64,000 bases of DNA from Chloroflexota bacterium (lineage in GTDB: Bacteria; Chloroflexota; UBA11872; VXOZ01): assembly GCA_963662335.2 (NCBI GenBank), contig CAXXVD010000002.1, forward strand, positions 64,001 through 128,000, in the 5' to 3' direction. The notes beneath the pieces are model-generated. The model was not told the origin of the DNA, did no database searches, and saw only the letters and a program-made list of their open reading frames with translations. The translations under genes and the position numbers were made by a program. Position 1 is the stretch's first letter; the number at the start of each line of letters is the position of its first letter. Shown one piece after another: positions 39,988 to 50,598 of the stretch.

Positions 39988-40857
39988 TTAACTTCCCAGT
40001 TTGGCACGGACACTCTGCTCGAATTCCGTCAACGTTACGGGAGCGCCGCCGGTTAGGCCTTCGGTAGCCCTTTCAAGCGTCGTGATGTGCACGTTCTCTC
40101 TGACGAGCCTAAAGCGTTTGCCCGTGTCGTCCTCTTCGAAGTCAACGGTGAACCACGCTATATCCCCGTTTGACAGGTCGTCAACCTCTTCCATGCGGCC
40201 CAGAGACGCAAAGAAGTGCTTGTCGACTACGACAGCCATCTTCTTGCCCCAGCGGCGGAGCGTGGGCACTTTGATTTGCAACTGGGGCATCAGCCGCTTT
40301 GGGCCGCTGCTGCGATAGTCGGGCCGCCGTATCTGTCTGGGAAAGGGCGGGCGTTGGCCGGCGTATGCTCTGATGTCGCGGAACTCCTCGTTCATGCTCC
40401 TGCCTGAGAAGTAGACGGCCTGAATCTCCAAGGCGCACCAATTCAGCGCTGACGCGCAAGACTCCCGCTCCACGAGCACCATGTCGATGCGGCCCACGTC
40501 GGCGTTGCTACCTTCTGCCCTCAGGAAGCCAACTTCGGTGGCGATATCGGGTGCGGAAGAGCCCAAGATGGTTTCTCCCACCCACTGAAAGATGGTCGCA
40601 CTCTCTTCGAAGCGTCGTGGACAGAGCACGCGCAGACCGCCCTCAGCGTCCGCTATCGGAACCGCCGCGCCTTCTGCTTCTTCATACAATCCAAATGAGC
40701 AGACGCCGCCTCACTTGGTACAGCGGCCGCCGCCCAAACGAAAGGGGCATGGCTGCGAACCAGCGCCGGCCGCGAACGCCCGCCGTTCTTCCCGCGTGAG
40801 TCCGGCGAAAGCGTGGCCGTACCATTCACCTATGCCAAAGCGCCGCGGCCCGCTCAT
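39988..40857 (-). pseudogene. NotI-family restriction endonuclease with in-frame TGA at 40711-40713
   Basis: MSGPRRFGIGEWYG...CPF...CTK*GGVCS...CPRRF, LEIQAVYFSG, RPDYRSSGPKRLMPQL; ATGA-coupled to the methylase. Confidence 0.85.
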
Positions 40858-41810
40858 GGCGTGAGTTCGTGGGACGTGATGAGCAACTCGTACATCACCG
40901 CGTGGTGCGTATTCTTCATAGCTACCTTGGCCAGGTGGAATCCGCGCCTTGCCGCCATCTCGACGACTTCGGGGCTTTCGTCGTACGTCATCATGAAAGC
41001 GCCGCGCACGCGTGACATCCGCGCGAACAGGTCCTCGTGGTCGACTTCGTTGTACGTATACAGTCGTCTGCCCGCCCGCTTGCCGGCAGCGGTGTACGGA
41101 GGATCGATGAAGAACACGGCTGCGGCGTTCTCACTGTACGAGTCAACGATGTTCGCGCCGTCTCCTTGAACGAATTCAAACCGGTCGGCGAAATTCCCAA
41201 TGGCGCGGATGCGCGCCGCCAACGTGGCGGCATACCAGCGGGAGGCGATGCCTTGGCCGTTTTCGCCTTGCTTCATCACCGAAGCGCCCTTCGCCATGAT
41301 GCCGCCCCGGCTGACCCTATTGTGCAGCAGCGTGCGAAAAGCGGCGTCCATGCCCGAGTTTCCGGCATCCTCGAATACCGCGCTCACGTTTTCCGGGGTT
41401 GCCTCAAAGCCCTCGACGCGCCGGGCGAGTGCAGCGGCATCATCGAGCATGCGCTGCCAGAGATTGGCAATGTCCGGATCTATCTCGCAGAGCACGGCAC
41501 GCTCCGCATACCCCTCCATGACCGCCGTCAGGGATGCGATGCCGCCGCCGGCAAAAGGCTCGACGAAGACGTCCGGGCGAGAGTCAAGGCCCGACAGAAA
41601 CTTCCGTATTTCGGGCACAAGCCACGTCTTGCCGCCCGGGTAGCGCAGCGGGCTGCGCTGCGGGACCGACGCGACGTTGACTGCCGAATCGGCTATCACC
41701 GGAATTGCCCGCGAGGCATCGGATTCGTTTCCGGTAGCGGGCCGTCTTCTCGCGCGAGAGTCCGTTCCGGCTTGCGCGACTGATAGTAAGTCTGTTCTAG
41801 GGGGCGCCAT
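40854..41810 (-). CDS. Dam-type (D12 class) DNA adenine methyltransferase
   Basis: SPLRYPGGK, VEPFAGGG, FIDPPY motifs. Confidence 0.93.
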   Translation of the reverse strand: MAPPRTDLLSVAQAGTDSRARRRPATGNESDASRAIPVIADSAVNVASVPQRSPLRYPGGKTWLVPEIRKFLSGLDSRPDVFVEPFAGGGIASLTAVMEGYAERAVLCEIDPDIANLWQRMLDDAAALARRVEGFEATPENVSAVFEDAGNSGMDAAFRTLLHNRVSRGGIMAKGASVMKQGENGQGIASRWYAATLAARIRAIGNFADRFEFVQGDGANIVDSYSENAAAVFFIDPPYTAAGKRAGRRLYTYNEVDHEDLFARMSRVRGAFMMTYDESPEVVEMAARRGFHLAKVAMKNTHHAVMYELLITSHELTP

Positions 41811-42022
41811 TGGCGAATCACATTCTCTATCATAGAGGCTCGAGGCGCGCTAGAACTTCGCCCTTGGCTCGTACGCTTGCAAATTCGGGGGTGCTCTCTC
41901 TCATCATCCGTCACACTTGCATTGCAGTCAAGGCGTCGCCGTAGATGTGTCTCATCTGCATCCCACACCAATTCGCAGCTAACGTGCAACTCCCTCAACC
42001 CACAGCGTTTCCAGGCAAAGGG

Positions 42023-44485
42023 CTACACATGACGGCGCTGATACACCGCCTCGATTTCCAGGTCGAGATCATCCGCCATGCGCCGCAGGTTGAAGCGCAG
42101 CCGCGTGTTTTGGTATGCGCCCCAAACCGTCATCGCCGGCGGCACCACCAGGATGGACACCACCAGCGAGTAGAGAATAGTAATCGCCGCCGTGATGGCG
42201 AATTGCTGGGATGCCAATTGCGGGGAGGCAATGAGCACGCCGATGCCAAGCCCCGTGGTCAGCGCGGAGCACAGCAGCGCCGATCCGGTGGTCGCCAGCG
42301 TCCGCACCGCCGCTCGCTCCGGATCGCGCTGGCGGCCGTATTCCTCCCGGTAGCGATGAATCATGTGAATGGTATAGTCTACGCCGATACCGATCGCGAG
42401 CGCCGTTATGATTGACGTGATGACGGTGTAGGGAATGTCCAGGAGCGCCATGGTGCCCAGCACCGAGATGAGGACGATGAAGGTGGGCCCCACTGCTATG
42501 ATCGCCAGCAGCGGCTGCCGCACGGTCAGCCAGAAGAAGATTGCCAGGACGCCAATGGCTACGGCGGCGGTCGTGCCGATGGACTGCGTTTGCCGTTCCC
42601 GGATCGCGTCCGCAACGGCGAAGGATACGATAGTCTCTGACGCCGCCGTAATGGCGTCGTCCTCGCCGGCCCACAGCCGCTTGATGTCCTCCTGGAGCAC
42701 GCGCGAGGCCGCGGGATCGCCCGTGTAGGCCGTAAACTGCATGAGCATAGCGTCCGGGCCTTCAGGGTTGATCGAGAGAACGCGAGCCAATGCGGGCTCC
42801 TGCGCCTGGAGCCTTTCCAGAAAGTCTCGCATCAGTTCCGCATCGAGTTCCACGCCGGCGGAGGCATTCTGGAAGAGCGTGGCCAGTTGCGGGTCGTACT
42901 TGTCGCCCGGCGCCCCGCTGTCGCTGATCCAGTCACGGAGCAGCAATTCGTACGATGCCTGAATCGGCCCCGCCGCCGCTGCCGGGCGGCGGTTTTCGTC
43001 CGCGAAAGCGGTGGTGAAGTCTTTCAGGTCCAGCAGCGTGCGAGTATCCGCGGCCTCGGCCCGCACGAGCACGCTGACCACTTCCGTTGAGCCGCCGATT
43101 GCCGTGTCGAGCGTCTCGATGTCTGCCATCACCGTGCCGTCGCCGGGCAGGAGATCGCGGACGCTGAATTCCGATCTGAGCCCCGTGGCCGCAAAGCCGA
43201 GGGCGACGGTCGCCACGGCCACGATGAGGAAGTAGGGAACGGGCGCGCGGGTGACCTCCCTCCCCAGCGCTGCCGCCGCCCGTTCCACGCCGGGCAACGC
43301 CGTCGCGAGCGGGCGCGCCGCCCGCAGGGAACCCCGGGCCTCCCGCCGCCGGTCCAGGATCGTCCGCCCGGCGGGGAGCAGCGTAAGCATTACAAGCAGG
43401 CTCAGGCCCACGCCCAACCCCGCGATGATGCCGAAGTCGCCGATGATATTGATTGGGGAGAACAGGCCGGCCAACAGACTTACAATCGTCGTGACCGCCG
43501 CCAGCAGCAGAGGGACGGTAACGTTGCGCAGCCCAAGCCGGACCGCCTCCACTACCGGTTCCCCGCCAACACGCTGCTCGCGGTAGTGCGAGACCGTCTG
43601 AATGGCGTAGTCCACCGTGAGGCCGATCATGATTATTGGCACCATGGCCGTGAGCGCGCTCGGCGGCCCGACAAGTCCCACTCCTTTCGGGCCGAGCAGG
43701 CCTTCGGCTCCGATGATCCAAATCAGGGCAATAAAAAGCCCCGCGAGCGTCAGCAACAGGTCTGAGAACGAGCGCATGAACAGCAGGAGCAGCGCCGCGA
43801 TGAGCAGAAACGCCACCCCTACCAGCGGCGCCATGCCGGTCTCCGTGGCCTCCCGGGCCTCGTCCTCGATTATCACAAAGGAGACGCTGCTCGCGCTAAG
43901 GGGGCCTTCATCGCCAACCGCGAGTTCGTAGATTCTGCGCTCGGCGCGCACGAGACGGTCGTCTTCCGTGTTGCGCAAGCGGATGCTGGCGATTGCAACC
44001 GGACTGGCGTCGGCGTCGCTGCCGGTCAGCGCGGCCAATGCCTCCCGGATGCCGGGGACGCCTTGAACGGTGTTGATCTGGTCCTGCGTGACCGCGTCGA
44101 GGTTGTCCGTTTGCAGCGCGGCCATCACCAGGGAGGAGGGCGCAATGATGGCATTGTCCGCCAACAGCAACTCCGCCACGGCCGGGTCGCCGGCGATGCG
44201 CTCGAGCAAGGCGGCCATTTGCCTGAGACCCACGGGCGTGAGCGCATCTCCGCGGAAGAGCAGGGTGACTACCCTGACTTCACCGGATTCTCCGAAGATG
44301 TCTTCGATTTCAGACATAGCTTTCGCAATGGCGCTCCCTTGGGGCAGCGCCTCCGCAGTTGCCGCCGGGGGCACGCGCAGCCCGGCGCCGGCGCCCAGCA
44401 GCACGGTAATGATGAGAAGGGTGAGGAGCGTAAGCCAGGGGCGAACCGTGACCAGCCAGCTCAAACCGCCAAGTAGGGTGTACAT
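42023..44485 (-). CDS. MMPL/RND family transporter, copy 2
   Basis: 820 aa, colinear paralog of 37135..39603. Confidence 0.9.
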   Translation of the reverse strand: MYTLLGGLSWLVTVRPWLTLLTLLIITVLLGAGAGLRVPPAATAEALPQGSAIAKAMSEIEDIFGESGEVRVVTLLFRGDALTPVGLRQMAALLERIAGDPAVAELLLADNAIIAPSSLVMAALQTDNLDAVTQDQINTVQGVPGIREALAALTGSDADASPVAIASIRLRNTEDDRLVRAERRIYELAVGDEGPLSASSVSFVIIEDEAREATETGMAPLVGVAFLLIAALLLLFMRSFSDLLLTLAGLFIALIWIIGAEGLLGPKGVGLVGPPSALTAMVPIIMIGLTVDYAIQTVSHYREQRVGGEPVVEAVRLGLRNVTVPLLLAAVTTIVSLLAGLFSPINIIGDFGIIAGLGVGLSLLVMLTLLPAGRTILDRRREARGSLRAARPLATALPGVERAAAALGREVTRAPVPYFLIVAVATVALGFAATGLRSEFSVRDLLPGDGTVMADIETLDTAIGGSTEVVSVLVRAEAADTRTLLDLKDFTTAFADENRRPAAAAGPIQASYELLLRDWISDSGAPGDKYDPQLATLFQNASAGVELDAELMRDFLERLQAQEPALARVLSINPEGPDAMLMQFTAYTGDPAASRVLQEDIKRLWAGEDDAITAASETIVSFAVADAIRERQTQSIGTTAAVAIGVLAIFFWLTVRQPLLAIIAVGPTFIVLISVLGTMALLDIPYTVITSIITALAIGIGVDYTIHMIHRYREEYGRQRDPERAAVRTLATTGSALLCSALTTGLGIGVLIASPQLASQQFAITAAITILYSLVVSILVVPPAMTVWGAYQNTRLRFNLRRMADDLDLEIEAVYQRRHV

Positions 44486-44880
44486 GCCTTTTCCTCTATG
44501 CGATTAGAACGGTTGGGGAGGGCGGGGCCGCCTCCCGGAACTGCGCCGGCAACGCGCAGCGCGGCGGCACGTCGAACAAGCCCGTTACGCGCATCCCCGG
44601 CGGAGGCGGCCGCTACCCGTGCAATCCCTGCCGCTTACCCCGTATCTAGCTTGCCGTCAGCGCGGCTTTGCGGTCAACGACTCTGCCCTACGGGCCTTGC
44701 GGGGATGCGCGCCCAGCAACTCGTTGCTTGCGCCGGGCAGAGTCCTCACGCATCTAGCGCCCGTTCTTGGCGGAGAACCGCCCCTCTTGAGCCGGCAGTC
44801 GGGCCTCTGGCGCCGACTTGTCGAAATTCCTTTGCATATGCTAACCTTTGTGAAATCATCCATGTAAGGAGGGAGCCGTC

Positions 44881-45639
44881 ATGAGCGCAGAAACCGCATC
44901 CGTGCCAGCCGGAGCGAAAGCCGGCGGACTGGCCGTGATGGCGGGCATGGTTTCAACTATCGTCGCGGCTCTATTCTTCCCTGGAGGCCCGCTCATCGAC
45001 AGTGTGGACCAGACGGACTTTCCGGCCGCGGCCGCCGCCCTGGGCGCCAAACCCGAGTTGAGCCACGCGATGACGTTGCTGGTAATCTTAGGCATGCTAC
45101 TCTACTGCTTCGGCTTCGTCGAACTCTTGCGGCTGCGCGGGCGGGGAGCGGGCCTTTCCGCGGCCGTCCTGCGCTTTGGCATCTTGGCGAGCCTCTTCAG
45201 TTGGTGCGTATTCATCATTGGTATCGGCGTCAGGCACGGCGCAATCTACCTCATGGAACAGGGCATCCGCGCCGGCGATGGCACGGAACTGCAAGCGGAG
45301 TTCGCGGGCCTCGCCGTGGCCAGTCAAATCACCATGATGGGCGTGCTGCTGTCGTTCATGGTCGTGAATCCAATTGCGTCCGCGCTTGTTGGGATTGGCC
45401 TCGCGGCCCGGTTGAACAAGCCGGACATCTATTTGCTGGCTGCCTACGCGCTCATAATCATTGGACTGGGCGGGTTCGCCGGCGTGGCGCTGGCCTTGTT
45501 TCTCGCCGATACGAACGTCGCGGTGTTCCTCTCTATCAGCCAGGTATTCCTGTTCATTGGCTCGCTCTGCCTCTTTGTCATAGGCGCGGGAATGTACCGG
45601 GGCCGGCGCGAGTTCGTGGCCGAGGATGCCGCGAGCTAA
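44881..45639 (+). CDS. Multi-pass membrane protein, paralog of 35345..36103
   Basis: FFPGGPLIDSVDQTDF; AAGGAGG RBS. Confidence 0.8.
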   Translation: MSAETASVPAGAKAGGLAVMAGMVSTIVAALFFPGGPLIDSVDQTDFPAAAAALGAKPELSHAMTLLVILGMLLYCFGFVELLRLRGRGAGLSAAVLRFGILASLFSWCVFIIGIGVRHGAIYLMEQGIRAGDGTELQAEFAGLAVASQITMMGVLLSFMVVNPIASALVGIGLAARLNKPDIYLLAAYALIIIGLGGFAGVALALFLADTNVAVFLSISQVFLFIGSLCLFVIGAGMYRGRREFVAEDAAS

Positions 45640-45815
45640 GTTTGGCTGCATCGCCAATCCTGCCGTCCGCGCTTGGCATTGGGAGCCGTCCCCCTATACG
45701 TCCGGCTGCGGGCGCTTGGGTCACCCGCCTGGCGCGGAGTCTACGTGGAAGAGCGCAGCCGGGCACGGCTCGGTTGGCTAATCTCCCTGATTGAGGCCGC
45801 GGTTGGCAGAGGCAG

Positions 45816-47066
45816 TCAGTCTTGCGAGAGAAGCCAGCCAAGCAGCGCGTCCGCGAAGGCGTCGCCGTAGGCGGGGCCGTGGCTGCTGCCGACGCCTTGC
45901 CAGAGTTCGATGGTGATGCCGGGGGCGCAGGACTCTTGCAGGCGGTAGGCGTGGGTTTCCGCGCCGGGCACGTGGCGGTCCAGGTCCAGAGTAGCGTAGG
46001 GTTGGGGATCATCGGGCCAGGCGCAGCCGGCGCGTTGACTCCAGCGCGTCACCATCTCCTGCGCGCCCGCGTAGAAGGCCCGTTTGCCGTCTTCATCCGG
46101 CTCGCCTTGGTCGCCCGCGTAGCGGATCACGTCGTCCGCCGTGCCGTGGATGTGCAGGACGGAGACGGGCGGCGCGCCGGCGCAGCTTGCGTCATCGACA
46201 TAACTCGTGCCGGCCAGGCTGGCCACCGCGCGCAGGCCGGGCAGGCCCTTGCACGCCAGGTGGTAGGCCATGAACCCGCCGTTGGAGTAGCCGAAGACGA
46301 AGACCGGGCCGAAGTCCGCGAGCTTGCGCGCGCCGGCTACCAGTTCCGTCAGATACGCCACGTCGTCCTCGCCGGACTTGCCGCCGTCACAGCACTCGTC
46401 GGTGGGGTTCCAGAAGCGGTCGCCCGCAGCGTCGCGGATGCCGTTGGGCAGCAGCAGCGCAAAGCCGTGGCTGTTCACGCGCTCATGCAGGGGCACGTAG
46501 GCGGCGTGGTCGGCGGCATTGCCGCCAAAGCCGTGCAGGGAGACGATCAGCGGCGTCTCGCCGTCAACGAATTTCTGCGGCGTCACCAAGACCGTGCGGT
46601 TCTTGCGTCCGGGATGGTCGACGTAGTGGACCTCGCCGCCGGCCGCCACCGCCAACTGGGCGGTTCGTTCCAGCACGGCGTCATCCGTTAGCGGTTCCCG
46701 CTTGTCCTTGTCCCACGCTTCCTGAGCGAAAAGGGCCGCTTCCGTTTTGGCGGCGGCGGCCTCGAGTTCCTCGATGCGGTCGTCGAGGCCGTCGACGCGG
46801 ACGTCGAGGTCGTCCGCGCGCTCGCGCAGAAGCGCGATTTCACGCTTGAGCTCGGCATTTTCATCCGCAAGGGCCGCCAGCGACTCTTCCAGGGCGCGCG
46901 TCTGCGCCGCCGGCGCGAGTACCCGCATACCTGCGGCAGAATCTTCGCCCAAGTCGGCGCACCCCAGCAGCGCGGCGGCCAGCAAGAAGCAGACGGCCAG
47001 CGCGCCAAGACGGCGCAGGGGATTCACGCCAAGAGGCGCCGGCGCGATAGGCTTCTCTATTGACAT
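45816..47066 (-). CDS. Lipoprotein esterase (PHB depolymerase/LpqC-like alpha/beta hydrolase) with coiled-coil linker
   Basis: LLGC lipobox, coiled coil, LHGFGG, GYSNGG nucleophile elbow, HGTADD, C-terminal His. Confidence 0.85.
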   Translation of the reverse strand: MSIEKPIAPAPLGVNPLRRLGALAVCFLLAAALLGCADLGEDSAAGMRVLAPAAQTRALEESLAALADENAELKREIALLRERADDLDVRVDGLDDRIEELEAAAAKTEAALFAQEAWDKDKREPLTDDAVLERTAQLAVAAGGEVHYVDHPGRKNRTVLVTPQKFVDGETPLIVSLHGFGGNAADHAAYVPLHERVNSHGFALLLPNGIRDAAGDRFWNPTDECCDGGKSGEDDVAYLTELVAGARKLADFGPVFVFGYSNGGFMAYHLACKGLPGLRAVASLAGTSYVDDASCAGAPPVSVLHIHGTADDVIRYAGDQGEPDEDGKRAFYAGAQEMVTRWSQRAGCAWPDDPQPYATLDLDRHVPGAETHAYRLQESCAPGITIELWQGVGSSHGPAYGDAFADALLGWLLSQD

Positions 47067-47175
47067 TCTTTGTTTGCCTCTTCTACATTGTCGATTTGCC
47101 GTGCTTGCTAACCATTCGGGAGACCCTTGCGCAACCTTGGCGGTTACGTGAGGCTATGCCGCATTGGCGCAGCGG

Positions 47176-48444
47176 CTAGCCCGCGGCGCGGGCCGTCCGC
47201 AGCCGGGCCAGCGGCGTGTCGTTTATTGGCAGGTGGACTATGGCGGCAAACACGCCAAAGCCGACGCCCGCCCACCACATGGCGTCATAGGAACCGGTCT
47301 GGTCGTAGAGCATCCCGCCCAGCCACACGCCGAGAAAGCTGCCGACCTGATGGCTGAGAAAGACGATGCCAAAGAGCGTAGCCATGAATCGCAGCCCGAA
47401 GATTTGCGCCACGATGCCGGTGGTGAGAGGCACCGTGGAGAGCCACAGCAGTCCCATTGCCGCCGCAAAGAGGTATATCGTCAGTTCGGTGGCCGGGGCA
47501 AGCAGCAGCGCCAAGATGACGAACGCCCGCCCGGCGTAGATGAAGGAGAGGCCGCGATTCTTGGCGTGCCGTTGGCCGAACGCGCCCGACAAGAGAGAAC
47601 CGAGGATGTTGAACAGGCCGACAAGCGAGAGCGCGAACGCGCCCGCGCGCGCTGAGAGACCGAGGTCGGTGACGTACGTGGGGAAATGCGCGGTGATGAA
47701 CGCCACGTGAAAGCCGCACACGAAGAACCCCGCCGTGAGGAGCAGGTAACTGCGATGACGCATTGCCTCGCCCAAGGCGTCGGCCAGCCCCTGGTGCGAT
47801 GCCGGTTCCCCTTTGGCCGCCGTGCCGCGCGGCAGGCTGAACGCCAGCGGCACCACGACCAGAGCAACAAGAGACATGACCAAAAGCGAATCGAACCAGC
47901 CGTAGGTGGCGATCAAGGTCTGATTGATGGGCGAAAAGAGCACCTGGCCCATGGAGCCGGCCGCGGTGCCAAGCCCAAGCGTCAGTGAACGCCGTTCCGG
48001 CCCGATGATGCGGGCGATGGCCGCCAGCACCAGGGAGAACGAGCAGAAGGCTACGCCCAAACCAACCAGAATCCCGCCGGTCAGGAAGAGCGCCGGCCCG
48101 CTGTCCGCCAGCGCCATGCCGGCCACGCCGGCGGCGTACGCCGCCGCTCCCAGAGCGACGACTCTGGCCGTGCCGAACCGGTCGGCAACCGCGCCGGCCA
48201 CCGGCACGCCCAGGCCCCACAACAGGTTCTGCAGCGCCAAAGCCAGGGAAAAAGTCTCCCGCGACCAGCCGCGCGCCGTCGTCATCGGCTCCAGATAGAG
48301 GCCGAAACTGGAGCGGATGCCGAACCCGATGAGCGAGATGAGACACGCCGCCGCTATGACCGCAACAATGGCAGTGCGTCCGGGAGAGAGATTGGCAGTG
48401 GCCTGGCTCAAGGGATCGTGCTCTACGGCAACTCGATGTGGCAA
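47176..48444 (-). CDS. MFS transporter
   Basis: GAVADRFG motif A, FFVCGFH, ~12 TM helices. Confidence 0.92.
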   Translation of the reverse strand: MPHRVAVEHDPLSQATANLSPGRTAIVAVIAAACLISLIGFGIRSSFGLYLEPMTTARGWSRETFSLALALQNLLWGLGVPVAGAVADRFGTARVVALGAAAYAAGVAGMALADSGPALFLTGGILVGLGVAFCSFSLVLAAIARIIGPERRSLTLGLGTAAGSMGQVLFSPINQTLIATYGWFDSLLVMSLVALVVVPLAFSLPRGTAAKGEPASHQGLADALGEAMRHRSYLLLTAGFFVCGFHVAFITAHFPTYVTDLGLSARAGAFALSLVGLFNILGSLLSGAFGQRHAKNRGLSFIYAGRAFVILALLLAPATELTIYLFAAAMGLLWLSTVPLTTGIVAQIFGLRFMATLFGIVFLSHQVGSFLGVWLGGMLYDQTGSYDAMWWAGVGFGVFAAIVHLPINDTPLARLRTARAAG

Positions 48445-48713
48445 CGGACACGAGAGCGATGCAATGGCGTCCGTGAGACTACTCTGAAGCTAACTATACA
48501 CGCGGGGAGAGCGTGTCTGCAGTAGGGCGGCTGACGACGATCTGTATCGCTTCGGCGTGGCGTGCGGTCGGACGGCGCCGGACGCTGACAGGGCTGCCGC
48601 GCCGGTTCATTCGCGCCGCCGTTACCGATTACTCTTCAAGCTGCGCTTCACGTTGCGCTTCAAGCAGTGACGTCAGGAGCTAGCTGGGCGCAATCCGCTC
48701 AATTGAGTTGGGG

Positions 48714-49121
48714 CTACTCCTGGACAAAGGGATTCTGCAATTCAACCCCAAGCCGCTCGAAATCGCCCACATTCCGGGTCACCACGGTCAGCCGATGTAC
48801 CCTGGCGATTGCCGCGATCATAGCGTCTTCAGCCATTGTATCCGACCGGCGGTGCATGATCCGGGCCCATTCTCGGAAGGCGCGCGCATCCAGCGGCAAC
48901 ACCGCATAGGACGCGAGGACCTGGTCCAGCCAAACTTCCAACTCCTCAGCCTTAGCTTCATCCTGCTCACGGGTGATTTCGATCCCCGCCTGGATTTCCC
49001 CAACGGTCACTGCAGGGAGAAAAAGCCGTTCAGCCGGCACGGCGGCGATCCAGTCCAATACCGCGCCGTGTGGACATGGGCGCCGCAGTTCCGAGACCAC
49101 GTTGGTATCGAGAAGGTACAC
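48714..49121 (-). CDS. vapC: PIN-domain toxin
   Basis: YLLDTNVVSE...EDAMIAAIA...VVTRNVGDF. Confidence 0.93.
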   Translation of the reverse strand: MYLLDTNVVSELRRPCPHGAVLDWIAAVPAERLFLPAVTVGEIQAGIEITREQDEAKAEELEVWLDQVLASYAVLPLDARAFREWARIMHRRSDTMAEDAMIAAIARVHRLTVVTRNVGDFERLGVELQNPFVQE

Positions 49122-49124
49122 GGC

Positions 49125-49385
49125 CTACTCCATAACCAAAGGCGGCCGGCGGCGGCGCGGTCGCCGGGGCGGCGTGAGAGCCTCGGTCCGCGCCTCGCGC
49201 GCGAGCAGGAGTTCCTTTAGGTCCGGCCGCGTCAGCGTCTCCAACCTGCGCCACTGCTCGATGGGAAGGAGCACCGCGGTCTCCACCCCACGCCTGGTGA
49301 CGATTTGCGGCCCTTCGGCGAGGGCGGTATCGAGGAGTTCGCTGAATCTTGACTTGGCATCTTGAACCGGCCATTTCTTGCTCAT
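49125..49385 (-). CDS. Phd/YefM family antitoxin
   Basis: WPVQDAKSRFSELL...GPQIVTRRG. Confidence 0.92.
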   Translation of the reverse strand: MSKKWPVQDAKSRFSELLDTALAEGPQIVTRRGVETAVLLPIEQWRRLETLTRPDLKELLLAREARTEALTPPRRPRRRRPPLVME

Positions 49386-49421
49386 ATCTTGCTCCCAACA
49401 AGATGCTTCTGACTAGTTATC

Positions 49422-49450
49422 AGACTAGCCTGATTGGACGCAGATGTCAA
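49422..49450 (-). promoter_or_regulatory. Sigma70-like promoter of the TA operon
   Basis: TTGACA-N17-TAGTCT on the minus strand; repeated GACTAG boxes overlap the -10. Confidence 0.5.
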
Positions 49451-49489
49451 GGAAAGAGACGAGAGCCCAAGAGTGGCGCGACCCTATCC

Positions 49490-49882
49490 TTAGTCCAGCC
49501 CCGCTACGCCGTCGATTTCCACCAGCCAGTCTTCTGAGGCCAGCGAGGATACCTCCACCAGGGTAGTGGCTGGGTAGGGAGGCACAAGGACTTCGCGGCG
49601 CACCTTGGTAATGGTCTCGCGGAAGCGGATGTCGGTGACGTAGATGTTCAGGGCAACGACGTTCTTGAACGTGGCGCCGGCGGCTTCCAGGACGGCTTGG
49701 ATGAGGCCGAACACGTGGCGCGTCTGCGCTTCGACGTCGCCCGCGCCCACCACGTTGCCGTCCGCGTCCGTTGGCACCTGGCCGGCGATGTAGAGCGTCT
49801 CTCTGGCTTGCACGCGGATGGCGACCGAGTAGGGCACGTCCGGCTGCGTCATGCCTGCGCCGACGACGAGTTCTTTCTTCAT
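49490..49882 (-). CDS. RidA/YjgF family protein
   Basis: PYS, LYIAGQ, conserved Arg, PATTLVEVSSL, LVEID; ATG 49882 after GAGGAG. Confidence 0.9.
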   Translation of the reverse strand: MKKELVVGAGMTQPDVPYSVAIRVQARETLYIAGQVPTDADGNVVGAGDVEAQTRHVFGLIQAVLEAAGATFKNVVALNIYVTDIRFRETITKVRREVLVPPYPATTLVEVSSLASEDWLVEIDGVAGLD

Positions 49883-50125
49883 GGCGGGTGCTCCTCTCCC
49901 AGGATTGGTGATGCCAAGGCCGGTCACTCAAGGGGCAGTATAGACCCTGCGCCGGCCTTATCCAAAGTGCGGCGGCGGCCCCGGGAGAGGTGTGCAATTC
50001 TGTTGCTCCGGCGGGGGACAAGCCCCCGCGCTACGGTAGCGCGCTGGCGGAGGACAAACCCCAGTGCGGTCGCATTTGAGGAGGATTGGTGTCAAATGCG
50101 TGCCTTGAAACGTAGGCATAACGGC

Positions 50126-50153
50126 GTAGGGGCACGACATGTCGTGCCCCTAC
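50126..50153. repeat. GTAG-type REP family D (GTAGGGGCACGACATGTCGTGCCCCTAC); copies at 52279-52306 and 57762-57789
   Basis: Three identical perfect 28-bp palindromes. Confidence 0.9.
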
Positions 50154-50205
50154 GCCGTTATGCCAATGCCGCTATCAGACCATACGTTGGAAGAACGTGA
50201 GTTGC

Positions 50206-50598
50206 CTAGTCCAGCGCCGCGATCGCGTCGATCTCCACCAGCCAGTCGGCGGACGCCAAGGAGCCGATTTGCACCATGGTGGCGGCCGGGAAGGGCGGCT
50301 TGAGGATTTCGTTGCGCACCAGGGTGATGGTCTCGCGGAAGCGAATATCGGTGACGTACATGTTCATGAAGACCACGTTGTCGAACGTCGCGCCGCCCGC
50401 CTCCAGTAGCGATTGGATGTTGGCGAACACCTGGCGCACCTGCGCTTCGATGTCGCCCGCGCCGACGATGCTGCCGTCGCCGGCCGTCGGCCCTTGGCCG
50501 GCGATGTAGAGCATCTCGTTGGCTTGCACGCGCAGGGCCATCGAGTACGGCGCGGCAGGCTGGGACATGCCCGCGCCCAGGAGGGGTTCTTTCTTCAT
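50206..50598 (-). CDS. RidA/YjgF family protein, tandem paralog
   Basis: Colinear with 49490..49882. Confidence 0.9.
   Translation of the reverse strand: MKKEPLLGAGMSQPAAPYSMALRVQANEMLYIAGQGPTAGDGSIVGAGDIEAQVRQVFANIQSLLEAGGATFDNVVFMNMYVTDIRFRETITLVRNEILKPPFPAATMVQIGSLASADWLVEIDAIAALD

Noticed and set aside
40711-40713. Selenocysteine recoding of the TGA
   Set aside because: The stop is not at an apparent Cys ligand position and four Cys are already present; nonsense mutation is simpler
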